A stretch of DNA of 64,000 bases from Candidatus Oxydemutatoraceae bacterium (GTDB lineage Bacteria; Pseudomonadota; Gammaproteobacteria; Poriferisulfidales; Oxydemutatoraceae). This document shows positions 53,323-62,906 of the stretch, in pieces. The DNA lies in NCBI GenBank assembly GCA_965219575.1, contig OZ244779.1, positions 1,292,769 through 1,356,768 of the forward strand, in the 5' to 3' direction. Below the pieces are notes generated by a model. It was not told the origin of the DNA. It saw only the letters and a program-made list of their open reading frames with translations, and did not search any database. Position numbers and translations under genes: made by a program. Within the stretch, counting starts at the first letter, position 1, and the number at the start of each line of letters is the position of its first letter.

Positions 53323-54318
53323 ATGAATAGGTTATTGAAAAATACAGAAAATCGTTTTACATGCAATAAGTTGAAACCGACAAAACAGATAAATACACTG
53401 GAGGAAGACATGATGGAGAGCCTATCCAATAATGCTTTTAGCCTGCCTCCTAAATATCTATATAACGATAAGGGTTCCGAATTATTCGAGCAAATTTGCA
53501 ATTCCAAAGATTATTATCTGACTCGGGCGGAAAATAAGCTCTTGCAGGAGAAAGCCGATTATTTAATTGCCGAAGTTAAACCCGAACATATTGTCGAATT
53601 TGGTTGCGGCAAATTAGCCAAGAGCCGATTTTTATTGGATGCCTGTGAGCGACAAGGTATTCATTGTACCTTTTGGCCTGTCGATATATGCTATAGAGCA
53701 ATCAAGGATTTGAGCAGTAAGTTGCTCGCTGCGTATCCGTGGTTGCGTATCAATGCTTATTTAGGTGATTATCATGCAGGCTTTACGAATATACGCCTGC
53801 CCGAAGGTTGTCGCCTAGCCTTATTCATGGGTAGCACCATAGGTAATTTCAGTTCCGAGCAAGCGACCGATTTTTTAAGAGAAATCGGTGATTTATTGGG
53901 TGATGACGGTGTTTTGTTGTTGGGTGCGGATCGTATTAAGGACCGCGACATATTGACTGCCGCTTACGATGATTCCGACGGTGTGACCAAGCGTTTTAAT
54001 TTCAATTTACTCGATAGGCTCAATCAAGAACTGGATGCGGATTTCGTGTGTGATAATTTTAAGTATAGTGCCGTTTTCAATGAGTCTTATAGCCGTGTAG
54101 AAATGCGTTTGGTATCCGAGAAAGATCAAGTAATCTATTTTGCCAAGCTCGGACGTTCTATGAAGCTACGCAAAGGTGAAGCGATGTTAACCGAGATTAG
54201 CCGAAAATTCGACGATAAAAAATTAGACAATCTAATGCAAGAAGGCGGGTTTAAGATAGCGCATCATATGCTGGCGAACAACGATGTTTTTTCCCTACTA
54301 TTAGCTAAGAAATACTGA
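53323..54318 (+). CDS. egtD: L-histidine N-alpha-methyltransferase (ergothioneine pathway)
   Basis: LPPKYLYND.GSELFEQIC..DYYLTRAE, EFGCG, FMGSTIGNF, AYDD..GVT..FN.N.L..LN.EL, TEISRKF. Start uncertain. Confidence 0.88.
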   Translation: MNRLLKNTENRFTCNKLKPTKQINTLEEDMMESLSNNAFSLPPKYLYNDKGSELFEQICNSKDYYLTRAENKLLQEKADYLIAEVKPEHIVEFGCGKLAKSRFLLDACERQGIHCTFWPVDICYRAIKDLSSKLLAAYPWLRINAYLGDYHAGFTNIRLPEGCRLALFMGSTIGNFSSEQATDFLREIGDLLGDDGVLLLGADRIKDRDILTAAYDDSDGVTKRFNFNLLDRLNQELDADFVCDNFKYSAVFNESYSRVEMRLVSEKDQVIYFAKLGRSMKLRKGEAMLTEISRKFDDKKLDNLMQEGGFKIAHHMLANNDVFSLLLAKKY

Positions 54319-54325
54319 AGCGGAT

Positions 54326-55030
54326 ATGAACCTGACACAAATCTTAATAGTTGACGACGACCCCGCTATTTGTGAAATGACTTGCCTGATGCTTAACAAC
54401 GAAGGTTATCGAGCCGAACAGGCGTTGACCGCAGAACTCGCAATTAAGAAAATATACCGCACGATGCCCGATCTGATTTTGGTCGATTGGATGATGCCGA
54501 AAACCGACGGTATCGATTTCACGCGTTATCTGCGCGGGCTTTCGGAAACCTCCCGGATTCCGATTATTATGCTAACCGCCAAGAGTGAAGAGAACGATAA
54601 AGTTAAGGCATTGGAACTCGGATGCGACGATTATATAACCAAACCATTTTCCAAACGAGAACTGCTTGCCAGGATCAAAGCACTGTTGCGGCGCACCAAG
54701 CCCGACAAGGAACTCAAGAAGATCACTTTAGGTGTTTATGCAATCGACCCGATGAAGCACTGGTTCACAATCAATAACAAAGAGGTCTTTTTGAGTGCAA
54801 CCGAATTTAAGCTATTGTATTTTATGATGATCCATCACGACCAGGTTTTATCGCGTTCTAAGATATTGGCTCGTGTTTGGGATAGAGATAAATATATAGA
54901 AGAACGAACCGTCGATGTACATATCAAGAGATTACGAAATATTCTTAAGGCGCATCGAGCGGCGGAAGCGATAGAGACGGTTAGAGGAGTGGGTTATCGT
55001 TTCGTACTTAAGGAAAAAATATCGGCGTGA
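54326..55030 (+). CDS. phoB: Phosphate regulon response regulator
   Basis: Receiver domain (PDLILVDWMMP, PIIMLTAK, DDYITKPFS) plus OmpR wHTH (EERTVDVHI.RLR, ETVRGVGYRF); adjacent to phoR/pst. Confidence 0.9.
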   Translation: MNLTQILIVDDDPAICEMTCLMLNNEGYRAEQALTAELAIKKIYRTMPDLILVDWMMPKTDGIDFTRYLRGLSETSRIPIIMLTAKSEENDKVKALELGCDDYITKPFSKRELLARIKALLRRTKPDKELKKITLGVYAIDPMKHWFTINNKEVFLSATEFKLLYFMMIHHDQVLSRSKILARVWDRDKYIEERTVDVHIKRLRNILKAHRAAEAIETVRGVGYRFVLKEKISA

Positions 55031-56301
55031 AGCGATTTATACAAAATAATGTATCGGCACTGATACCTTATGTATTGCTCGCCGTGATCTGCGGCATTAT
55101 TTTCGGACATTTTTTGGTCTTTCTCCTACTCGCAATACTGGCATTTATTTTCACACAGTTACTGCAACTGTACTATTTGCAGAAATGGTGTTCCGATCAA
55201 TCGATAACCGTACCGTCTGCGGGATTAAATCGCATATGGAAAAATGTCTACACTTCGCTCGAGACTCGTCTAAGCGATAGAAATGCAGTACCCGAGTTAA
55301 GTGTTAATGAACTGCAAAACATCGAGCAGAGTGATTACGGTCTCGTATTACTCGAAGACAATCGTATTAAATGGATAAATAAACAAGCGGGTGCATTATT
55401 ACAACTTAACGCAAGCCGAGATATCGCAACCGATATAAGTCACTCACTGCGTTATCCGAGTTTTATAGATGCACTCGATAAAAAGTGTTATGGGCAGGAA
55501 ATCATATTGCAAGATAAACAGCCGCCCATCGCCGTCTGTTTGTTGCCCTACGGTAGCCGTTATCTTTGTATGTTGGTGCGTGATATTTCTCATTTTATAG
55601 AAATCAAAAACACCAATCGTCAATTAGTCGCTAATGTGGCTCACGAATTACGCTCTCCGTTGACTGTGATCAACGGTTATTTGGAAATATTAAAAGAAAA
55701 TAGCAAAGAGGCCGAAGACAAGTCTCTTAAAAAGATATTGGATAATATACAAAAGCAAGTTGAACGAATGAAAGTATTGGCCGACGATACGCTGAACATA
55801 GTCTATTTGGAAAATACCGAATTAAAGGAGCGAGATCAGAGTAGTGTCGACGTAGCCGAGATGCTGGAGTCCGTATTAGAGGCTATAAAGATAGGCACCG
55901 ACCCAATCCGTTTTGATACTCGGATAGAGGCTTTTAAGTTGCACGGCTGCGCTTCGGAACTCTACAGCGTATTCTATAATCTTATCGACAATGCAAAAAG
56001 CCATTCGCAATCCGACGACATAAATATCGTATGGCAGCGAGACGACCGAGGCGCTTATTTCGAAGTGGCCGACACGGGCATCGGTATAGCGACACATCAT
56101 TTGCCGAAACTAAGCAAGCATTTCTATAAGGTAGACCCGGCGCGTTCGGGAAGCAAAGGCAATACCGGTTTGGGTTTATCGATAGTCAAGCATGTATTGG
56201 ATAGACATCAAGCAACTTTGGAAATAGAAAGCGAAGTAGGTAAGGGAAGCACTTTCAGGTGTCGATTTCCCGCCTCGAGGGTAGTAGAGGCAGATTCTTA
56301 A
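55027..56301 (+). CDS. phoR: Phosphate regulon sensor histidine kinase
   Basis: N-terminal TMs, PAS-like region, ANVAHELRSPLTVI.GYLE, NLIDNA, DTGIGI, G.TGLGLSIVKH. Confidence 0.88.
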   Translation: MKRFIQNNVSALIPYVLLAVICGIIFGHFLVFLLLAILAFIFTQLLQLYYLQKWCSDQSITVPSAGLNRIWKNVYTSLETRLSDRNAVPELSVNELQNIEQSDYGLVLLEDNRIKWINKQAGALLQLNASRDIATDISHSLRYPSFIDALDKKCYGQEIILQDKQPPIAVCLLPYGSRYLCMLVRDISHFIEIKNTNRQLVANVAHELRSPLTVINGYLEILKENSKEAEDKSLKKILDNIQKQVERMKVLADDTLNIVYLENTELKERDQSSVDVAEMLESVLEAIKIGTDPIRFDTRIEAFKLHGCASELYSVFYNLIDNAKSHSQSDDINIVWQRDDRGAYFEVADTGIGIATHHLPKLSKHFYKVDPARSGSKGNTGLGLSIVKHVLDRHQATLEIESEVGKGSTFRCRFPASRVVEADS

Positions 56302-56318
56302 AGTATAGTGCCGGTACA

Positions 56319-56478
56319 TTCCCCTCCTTCGAGGGGTGGCCTATGCATTTTGCAATGGATGTGTTTAGCAGTCATGTTGAGGTTCCGAGCAAAGTCACGC
56401 CGATTGAGCCGGTAGGTTAATCGGCAATTTAATTTTAGTCCGCCCCTACAACTTTATGAAATACTTTTTCAACAGCCC
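56319..56478. repeat. Composite repeat: family A, shared insert, 27-mer, REP half and right MITE TIR
   Basis: TTCCCCTCCTTCGAGGGGTGGC; 56341-56398 is similar to 20857-20914; 27-mer at 56399; GTCCGCCCCTAC; ACTTTTTCAACAGCCC. Confidence 0.8.
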
Positions 56479-56517
56479 GGCGTATCCGCACTATCCGGAG
56501 CAAGTGGTGGTTGATAG

Positions 56518-57291
56518 TTAGCCGAAACGCCCGGTAATATATTGTTCGGTTAGAGTCTCTTTAGGGTTTGTGAATATCTCTTCGGTATCCGCCAATTCAA
56601 TTAAAGCACCCAAGTGAAAATAAGCGGTTGTTTGCGATACGCGGGCTGCTTGTTGCATTGAATGTGTGACGATGGCGATCGTATAATTTTGTTTTAATTC
56701 ATCTATTAATTCTTCTATTTTAGCGGTTGCGATAGGGTCTAGAGCGGAACACGGCTCATCCATCAGCACGACTTCGGGGTTGATAGAGATCGCTCGTGCG
56801 ATGCACAGGCGTTGTTGTTGTCCGCCCGAGAGGCTGGTTCCGGTTTCGTCTAAACGCTCTTTGACTTCGTTCCATAGACCGGCTTTTTCCAAGCTCGCAC
56901 GCACGATTTCGTCGAGTGCGTGGCGGTCGGTGGCTAGGCCGTGAATACGCGGACCATAAGCGATATTGTCGTAAATGGATTTAGGGAATGGATTGGGTTT
57001 TTGAAAAACCATACCGACTCTGGCCCGTAATTCCACCACATCGATGCCGTCTTTGATATTAATATCGTTGAGCAATATCTCTCCGGTAACCCGACAATCG
57101 TCTATGGTGTCGTTCATTCTGTTGAGACAACGCAGAAATGTGGATTTGCCGCAGCCCGACGGTCCGATCATTGCGATTACTTCGTTACGTTTTATATCCA
57201 GACTGACATCGGTGATCGCTTGCTTTTTGCCGTAATATACATTTAAGTTTTTAACTCTGATACAGATACTGTTTTGTGTTTTTTTTATCAT
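56518..57291 (-). CDS. pstB: Phosphate ABC transporter ATP-binding protein
   Basis: [55 protein letters not shown]. Confidence 0.97.
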   Translation of the reverse strand: MIKKTQNSICIRVKNLNVYYGKKQAITDVSLDIKRNEVIAMIGPSGCGKSTFLRCLNRMNDTIDDCRVTGEILLNDINIKDGIDVVELRARVGMVFQKPNPFPKSIYDNIAYGPRIHGLATDRHALDEIVRASLEKAGLWNEVKERLDETGTSLSGGQQQRLCIARAISINPEVVLMDEPCSALDPIATAKIEELIDELKQNYTIAIVTHSMQQAARVSQTTAYFHLGALIELADTEEIFTNPKETLTEQYITGRFG

Positions 57292-57301
57292 CGGGACGTA
57301 T

Positions 57302-58573
57302 TCAGTATTTTACTTCGAATGCCTTTCTAGCCAATACCGCAAGTAGATTCATCGCTACCAGAAACACCAATAGCACCACGATTGCACCTGCGGTGCGGTC
57401 TACAAAAGCACGTTCGGGACTGTCCGCCCATAAGTATATCTGCACCGGTAAAGCGGTAGCGGGATCGGTCATGTCTTGAGGGATGTCGACGATGAATGCC
57501 ATCATTCCTATAATCAGTAACGGTGCAGTTTCTCCTAAAGCCTGCGCCATGCCGATAATGCTACCGGTTAAAATACTAGGCATTGCCAGAGGCAACACAT
57601 GGTGTGTCGTCGCCTGCACATCCGACGCACCTAAAGCGAGTGCGCCTTCGCGTATGGAAGACGGTACCGATTTTAGTGCTGCGCGTGCGGCAATAATAAT
57701 CGTCGGCAAAGTCATCAAGCTGAGAACCAAGCCGCCGACCAAAGGGGTTGACCTCGGTAGGTTGAAAAAGTTTAGGAAAATTACCAAACCCAGCAAACCG
57801 AAGATGATAGAGGGGACTGCAGCCAAGTTATTGATATTGATTTCTATAAAGTCGGTGTAGCGATTTTTAGGAGCAAATTCCTCCAAGTAAATTGCCGTAG
57901 CGATACCGAGCGGGAAAGAGATTAGAAACGCGATTAGCAAAGCATAGGAAGAACCGACGATTGCACCCAATATGCCGGCGCGTTCGGGGTCTCGTGAATC
58001 ACCGTTGCTAAAGAAGTTGGTATTGAATTTCAATTTAATGCGATCTTGCGAGACGAGCTGTTCCGCCCACAGAACTTGTTTTTCGTTGAGCCTAAATGTT
58101 TTTCTGCTCGCCGGCGAGTCTCCGCTTTTCATGTAGCCGTCCAGTTCGTCGTCGGCGAGTATATCCAGAGATACCGTCTGTTCCGATGTTTTCGGTAGGT
58201 CCTGAATTATCTCTACGACCTCGTATTTGGCACCGTTGCTGATTAGTTTGCCTAATGCGAGTTTGTCGCTTCTGGACCGGACATCGGGGAACAACCCGTA
58301 TAGTGCGGTCTTGATGGCATTTTGAACCGACAAGCTCGATAACGTTTGTTGTTCACGCACATTGGCAGGGAAGTCAATGTCGAGTTGTATATAAGTTTGT
58401 TGAAAGGCGTTTCTTGCTTGGTAGATTAACCCACCTATGATGAGTACCAACAGCAGTATACCGATCAGTGTGGTCGTCATAGCCGCAAACTTGAACAGTT
58501 TCTCGGTGTAATAACGCCGTCCTAAACTATGTTTTATTTGTTCTACATACGATACTTCGGTACTTTTATTCAT
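57302..58573 (-). CDS. pstA: Phosphate ABC transporter permease PstA
   Basis: [46 protein letters not shown]. Confidence 0.95.
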   Translation of the reverse strand: MNKSTEVSYVEQIKHSLGRRYYTEKLFKFAAMTTTLIGILLLVLIIGGLIYQARNAFQQTYIQLDIDFPANVREQQTLSSLSVQNAIKTALYGLFPDVRSRSDKLALGKLISNGAKYEVVEIIQDLPKTSEQTVSLDILADDELDGYMKSGDSPASRKTFRLNEKQVLWAEQLVSQDRIKLKFNTNFFSNGDSRDPERAGILGAIVGSSYALLIAFLISFPLGIATAIYLEEFAPKNRYTDFIEININNLAAVPSIIFGLLGLVIFLNFFNLPRSTPLVGGLVLSLMTLPTIIIAARAALKSVPSSIREGALALGASDVQATTHHVLPLAMPSILTGSIIGMAQALGETAPLLIIGMMAFIVDIPQDMTDPATALPVQIYLWADSPERAFVDRTAGAIVVLLVFLVAMNLLAVLARKAFEVKY

Positions 58574-59810
58574 ATTGTTCCCGGTATGTTTTTAAGATCT
58601 TTAATGCAACGACATTGAGCATCAATGTTGCCAAAAACAAAGTCAATCCCAAGGCGAAAGCAGCCAAGGTTTTAGCACTGTCAAATTCGTGATCGCCGAT
58701 GAGTAAGGAGACAATCTGCACGGTCACGGTGGTAGTACTATCGAGCGGATTACCGGTCAGTTTAGCCGACATACCCGCGGCCATCACGACGATCATCGTC
58801 TCGCCGATTGCTCTGGAGACAGCCAATAATATACCTCCCATAATCCCCGGTATCGCTGCCGGTAACACGACTTTGGTTATCGTTTCCGAATGGGTGGCAC
58901 CGAGCGCATACGAACTGTCGCGCAAGGCTTTGGGTACGGCGTGCAGAGCGTCGTCGGTGAACGAGCATATAAACGGTATCAGCATGACCCCCATTGCCAA
59001 ACCGGCAGCCAAGGCACTTTCCGACGAGGCTTGTAAGCCGAATGACTCGGCGGTATTTTTGATGAAAGGGGAAAGCCACAAAACTGCGATAAAGCCGTAG
59101 ACTACGGTCGGGATGCCGGCTAAAATCTCGAGCAGGGGTTTGATGGAATTTCTGATATGCGCACCTGCATATTCGGCAAGAAAGATAGCCGACATCAAGC
59201 CTATAGGTAGTGCGAGTGTCATCGCAACTACGGTTATCAGTAAAGTACCGGCAAATAACGGTATTGCACCGAAAGCACCCGAGGCACCGACTTGGTCTTC
59301 GCGTATCGCAGTTTGCGGACTCCAGTGCAAACCGAAAAATTCACTAATAGGCACTAGATTGAAAAACTTAATAGACTCGAATAGCACCGATAATACGATA
59401 CCTATAGTAGTCAATATGGCAAGGGTGGAAGCAGAAATCAGTAGCCAAGTCAACATTTTTTCTATAGCTTTGCGCGTATTGTGTCGGTTGTTGATGCACT
59501 GCCATCCCCATGTGGCACCGACGAGTAGAACACCGATACACAGCGTCATCAGTACCGGAAACGGACCTGTTTCTATGGCATCTTTGACGGTAGCAGGAAG
59601 ATAGTCACCCCATAGAAACCAACCGACTAAGATAATCATCGGGGGCACGCTACTCCATAGTGCGGTATGCCACGCATAATAGACGGGAGCGGATTTAACA
59701 ACGCGGCTACCGTAACTTTGCAGTTGTATCGCTCTAGCGCGCCGTCCTGCAAAAAAATAGATCAAAGTAGATAGCGATAGTAAAAGGATAGCTAATTCTA
59801 TATTACTCAT
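58566..59810 (-). CDS. pstC: Phosphate ABC transporter permease PstC
   Basis: WSPQTA.R.DQVG.SG.FGA.PLF.GT, KPLLEILAGIPTVVYG, SRAIGETMIVVMAAG. Confidence 0.95.
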   Translation of the reverse strand: MSNIELAILLLSLSTLIYFFAGRRARAIQLQSYGSRVVKSAPVYYAWHTALWSSVPPMIILVGWFLWGDYLPATVKDAIETGPFPVLMTLCIGVLLVGATWGWQCINNRHNTRKAIEKMLTWLLISASTLAILTTIGIVLSVLFESIKFFNLVPISEFFGLHWSPQTAIREDQVGASGAFGAIPLFAGTLLITVVAMTLALPIGLMSAIFLAEYAGAHIRNSIKPLLEILAGIPTVVYGFIAVLWLSPFIKNTAESFGLQASSESALAAGLAMGVMLIPFICSFTDDALHAVPKALRDSSYALGATHSETITKVVLPAAIPGIMGGILLAVSRAIGETMIVVMAAGMSAKLTGNPLDSTTTVTVQIVSLLIGDHEFDSAKTLAAFALGLTLFLATLMLNVVALKILKTYREQYE

Positions 59811-59901
59811 AACGATAAGGCGGGCGATTATTAGGTAGCGGAAACCATTACCACGATCCGTCGTCTATTATACAAAAAACCGGTAGACTCATTCCGTTCA
59901 T

Positions 59902-59941
59902 TTAACAATTATGTGTCGGATATTTGACAAATGTGTGAAAA
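59902..59941 (-). promoter_or_regulatory. Putative Pho box array upstream of pstC
   Basis: Minus-strand heptads TTTTCAC, TTGTCAA, CCGACAC and TTGTTAA at an 11-bp period. Confidence 0.6.
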
Positions 59942-60030
59942 TAGTAATTTTTTACCGAAAGTAATCTTTTAGTCGTGCTTATTAGCATATACTAGTGTAG
60001 CTTCAAATAATACGGAGAGCTAATCTAATT

Positions 60031-60732
60031 ATGAACGATAATTTACCCCACCACAGTGTTGCCCAATACGGTAAGGAGATAAACGATCTTAAGAGTTTGG
60101 TTTTGCGCATGGCGGGGGCGGTTGAACAGCGCGTCGTTGCCGTCGTCGAAGCTATGACCGAAAATAATTCCGAGCGTGCACAATGGGTTATAGACTCGGA
60201 CAACGAGATCAATAACCTGGAACGCGAAGTCGATGAAATGTGCGTAGGCATCATGGCGCGCCGGCAACCCGTTGCGACCGACTTACGCTTAGTCATTACC
60301 GTGCTAAAACTGACCACCGATCTCGAGCGTATCGGAGACGAAACCCAACGTATCGCAAAAGTGATTAGAAATTTAAATTTTGCGACGACGCCCGATCAGA
60401 TGAAGCACACATTTAAGGAATTAAGTGCAAGAGTGACAAAGATGCTACACGATGTTATAGACAGTTTTGCACGCAACGATGTGGAACTCTCGAACCGCAT
60501 TTTCAAACAAGACAAGGATGCAGACCAACACTACAAGACTCTACTGGAAGACCAACTTCCCGATGTTATAAATAACAATACACACCACATTCCTTATATA
60601 CTGGACCTGATTTGGTGCGCGCGTAGCCTGGAGCGTATCGGTGATCATTCAAAAAATGTAGCGGAACACGTCATCTATATGGTTGAAGCCACGGATGTGC
60701 GGCACCGTAAAGTATTGTCTCCAAGTGCATGA
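60031..60732 (+). CDS. phoU: Phosphate signalling protein PhoU
   Basis: D.EIN.LE..VDE.C...MARRQPVATDLR...TDLERIGD, RSLERIGDH.KNVAEHVIY.V...DVRH. Confidence 0.96.
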   Translation: MNDNLPHHSVAQYGKEINDLKSLVLRMAGAVEQRVVAVVEAMTENNSERAQWVIDSDNEINNLEREVDEMCVGIMARRQPVATDLRLVITVLKLTTDLERIGDETQRIAKVIRNLNFATTPDQMKHTFKELSARVTKMLHDVIDSFARNDVELSNRIFKQDKDADQHYKTLLEDQLPDVINNNTHHIPYILDLIWCARSLERIGDHSKNVAEHVIYMVEATDVRHRKVLSPSA

Positions 60733-60803
60733 TCTTCTTGTAGGGAGAGGGTATCACATCTTGCAGTATATGCGTTCCCCGACACGATAAGGTTCTGCAC
60801 AGG

Positions 60804-61730
60804 TTACGCCGATTGACCTACCGGCTCAATCGGCGGTTCTGTCATTAATAATTCCAGTAATGCTTTTTGAGCATGCAAGCGGTTGCCGGCTTCTTCCCAG
60901 ACGACACTCTGTATTCCGTCTATGACTTTGGCATCGACTTCTTCGCCGCGATGCGCAGGTAAGCAGTGCATGAATAACGCATCGGATTTTGCATGAGTCA
61001 TCAATTCGGCACTAACCCGATAATTGTTGAAGTCTTGTAAGCGTTTTTGCCTCTCGGTTTCTTGTCCCATACTTGCCCAGACATCGGTTACCACTAAATC
61101 GGCATCTTCGACGGCCACATGAGGATCGTCGACCCATCGTATCGGTGGTTCAATTTTCGGCAACCGTGCATCGTCTATGCGATAGCCTTCGGGGCTTGCA
61201 ATCGTCAATTGAAACTCCAGCAACGATGCAGCGTTAATGTAGGAATAACAAACATTATTTCCGTCTCCTACCCAGGCGACCGATCGTCCTTTGATATCAC
61301 CGCGCTTTTCAAAATAAGTCAGCATATCGGCGAGCAATTGACACGGATGGCAGAGATCGGTCAAGCCGTTGATTATCGGCACGGTTGCGTGTTCGGCAAA
61401 ACGTTCCAGGTTTCGGTGTGCCGATGTCCGTATCATAATCGCATCGACCATTCGAGATAGGACTTTGGCACTATCTTCTATGGTTTCACCGCGACCTAAT
61501 TGACTGTCCCTGCTACTCAGGAATATCGCGTGCCCGCCGAGTTGTACCATTGCGGTTTCAAAAGAAACACGCGTACGGGTAGAGGATTTCTCAAACACCA
61601 TCGCAAGTGTTTTATTTGCCAGAGATTTGGCATACAGTTCTTTTTTGAGAACCATGGCTCGGTGGATTAAAGTTTTGAATTCATCGGCACTCAAGTCTCT
61701 GAGCGTTAAAAAATGTCTAGGTTTTTTCAT
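60804..61730 (-). CDS. argF: Ornithine carbamoyltransferase
   Basis: FEKSSTRTRVSFE, HPCQ.LAD, WVGDGNNV, TDVWASMGQE, FMHCLPAHRGEEV. Confidence 0.96.
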   Translation of the reverse strand: MKKPRHFLTLRDLSADEFKTLIHRAMVLKKELYAKSLANKTLAMVFEKSSTRTRVSFETAMVQLGGHAIFLSSRDSQLGRGETIEDSAKVLSRMVDAIMIRTSAHRNLERFAEHATVPIINGLTDLCHPCQLLADMLTYFEKRGDIKGRSVAWVGDGNNVCYSYINAASLLEFQLTIASPEGYRIDDARLPKIEPPIRWVDDPHVAVEDADLVVTDVWASMGQETERQKRLQDFNNYRVSAELMTHAKSDALFMHCLPAHRGEEVDAKVIDGIQSVVWEEAGNRLHAQKALLELLMTEPPIEPVGQSA

Positions 61731-62884
61731 GGTTTCTCCGCATCTTTAATCGTCGACGATAAACGTTCGATCGCCTCGTCCGCTTCCGCAGTCGTTAGTA
61801 TCAAAGGAGGCAGCAAACGTATCACATTTTTTGCGGTCAAGTTGATCAGCAAGCCATGAGCAAGTGCGATACGTACTATCTCGTTACAAGGTTGTGCAAG
61901 TTCTATGCCGATCATCAAACCCATGCCGCGAATCTCGTGAATTTTATCCGAAACAAGTTCATTTTTGAGCGAGTCCAGTAAATAAGCACCGATTTTTGCC
62001 GCTTTCTCGCACAAATTATTTTTTTCTATCGTGTCTAAAACTGCGAGTGCTGCGCGGCACGCAAGTGGATTACCTCCGAAAGTAGAACCGTGTAAGCCGG
62101 GCTTGAATAATTGTGCAACTTTTCTTCGGGCTAAGCAAGCACCGATCGGAACACCGTTGCCGAGTGCTTTTGCGGTGGTGAGTATATCGGGTTTGATTGC
62201 GCTGTGCTGATAACAGTACCAGTGTCCGGTTCTGCCTACGCCGCTTTGCACTTCGTCGAGTATCAACAGTAAATTATGTCTATCGCAAAGTTCACGCACC
62301 GACTTTAAGTAATCGCTAGGGGCAATACGGATGCCGCCTTCCCCTTGTATCGGTTCGAGCATCACTGCGCAAAGCTCGGGTTCGGTTTCAATCAAATTTT
62401 GCAAGCTATCGATGTCGGCATACGGGATTTGTATGAAGCCCGGGAGTAGCGGTGCATAACACATATCGTTAGGTTGCGTTGCACTCCATGCAGCTATCGT
62501 GCGTCCGTGGAATGCTTTTTCCATTACCGCGATCATCGGGTTTTTTCGATGATGTTCGTGTGCATGGAGGCGTACCAATTTGATAGCGGCCTCGTTTGCC
62601 TCACTACCGGAATTACAAAAGAATACCGAGTCCAAGCCGCTTAGAGAAATGAGTTTGGAGGCTAGTTTCTCTTGTAGGTCTACTCGGTAGAGATTCGAGG
62701 TATGGAGTAGGCGCTTGGCTTGATCGCGAATGGCTTCACCGACGGCGGGATGTGCGTGTCCCAAACTACATACTGCAATCCCCGAGACCATATCCAGATA
62801 ACGCCGTCCGTCATAATCCGATAACCAGCATCCTCTGCCTTCGTTAAACATTATTTCTAATCGGTTGTAATTCGGCATCAACAT
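61727..62884 (-). CDS. argD: Acetylornithine aminotransferase
   Basis: GIAV.SLGHAHP, FFCNSGSEANEAAIK, FHGRT, EPIQGEGG, DEVQ.G.GRTG, AKALGNGVPIGA, HGSTFGGNPLAC; coupled to argF. Confidence 0.93.
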   Translation of the reverse strand: MLMPNYNRLEIMFNEGRGCWLSDYDGRRYLDMVSGIAVCSLGHAHPAVGEAIRDQAKRLLHTSNLYRVDLQEKLASKLISLSGLDSVFFCNSGSEANEAAIKLVRLHAHEHHRKNPMIAVMEKAFHGRTIAAWSATQPNDMCYAPLLPGFIQIPYADIDSLQNLIETEPELCAVMLEPIQGEGGIRIAPSDYLKSVRELCDRHNLLLILDEVQSGVGRTGHWYCYQHSAIKPDILTTAKALGNGVPIGACLARRKVAQLFKPGLHGSTFGGNPLACRAALAVLDTIEKNNLCEKAAKIGAYLLDSLKNELVSDKIHEIRGMGLMIGIELAQPCNEIVRIALAHGLLINLTAKNVIRLLPPLILTTAEADEAIERLSSTIKDAEKP

Positions 62885-62906
62885 CGTGTTATGCAGTCCA
62901 ATTAGA

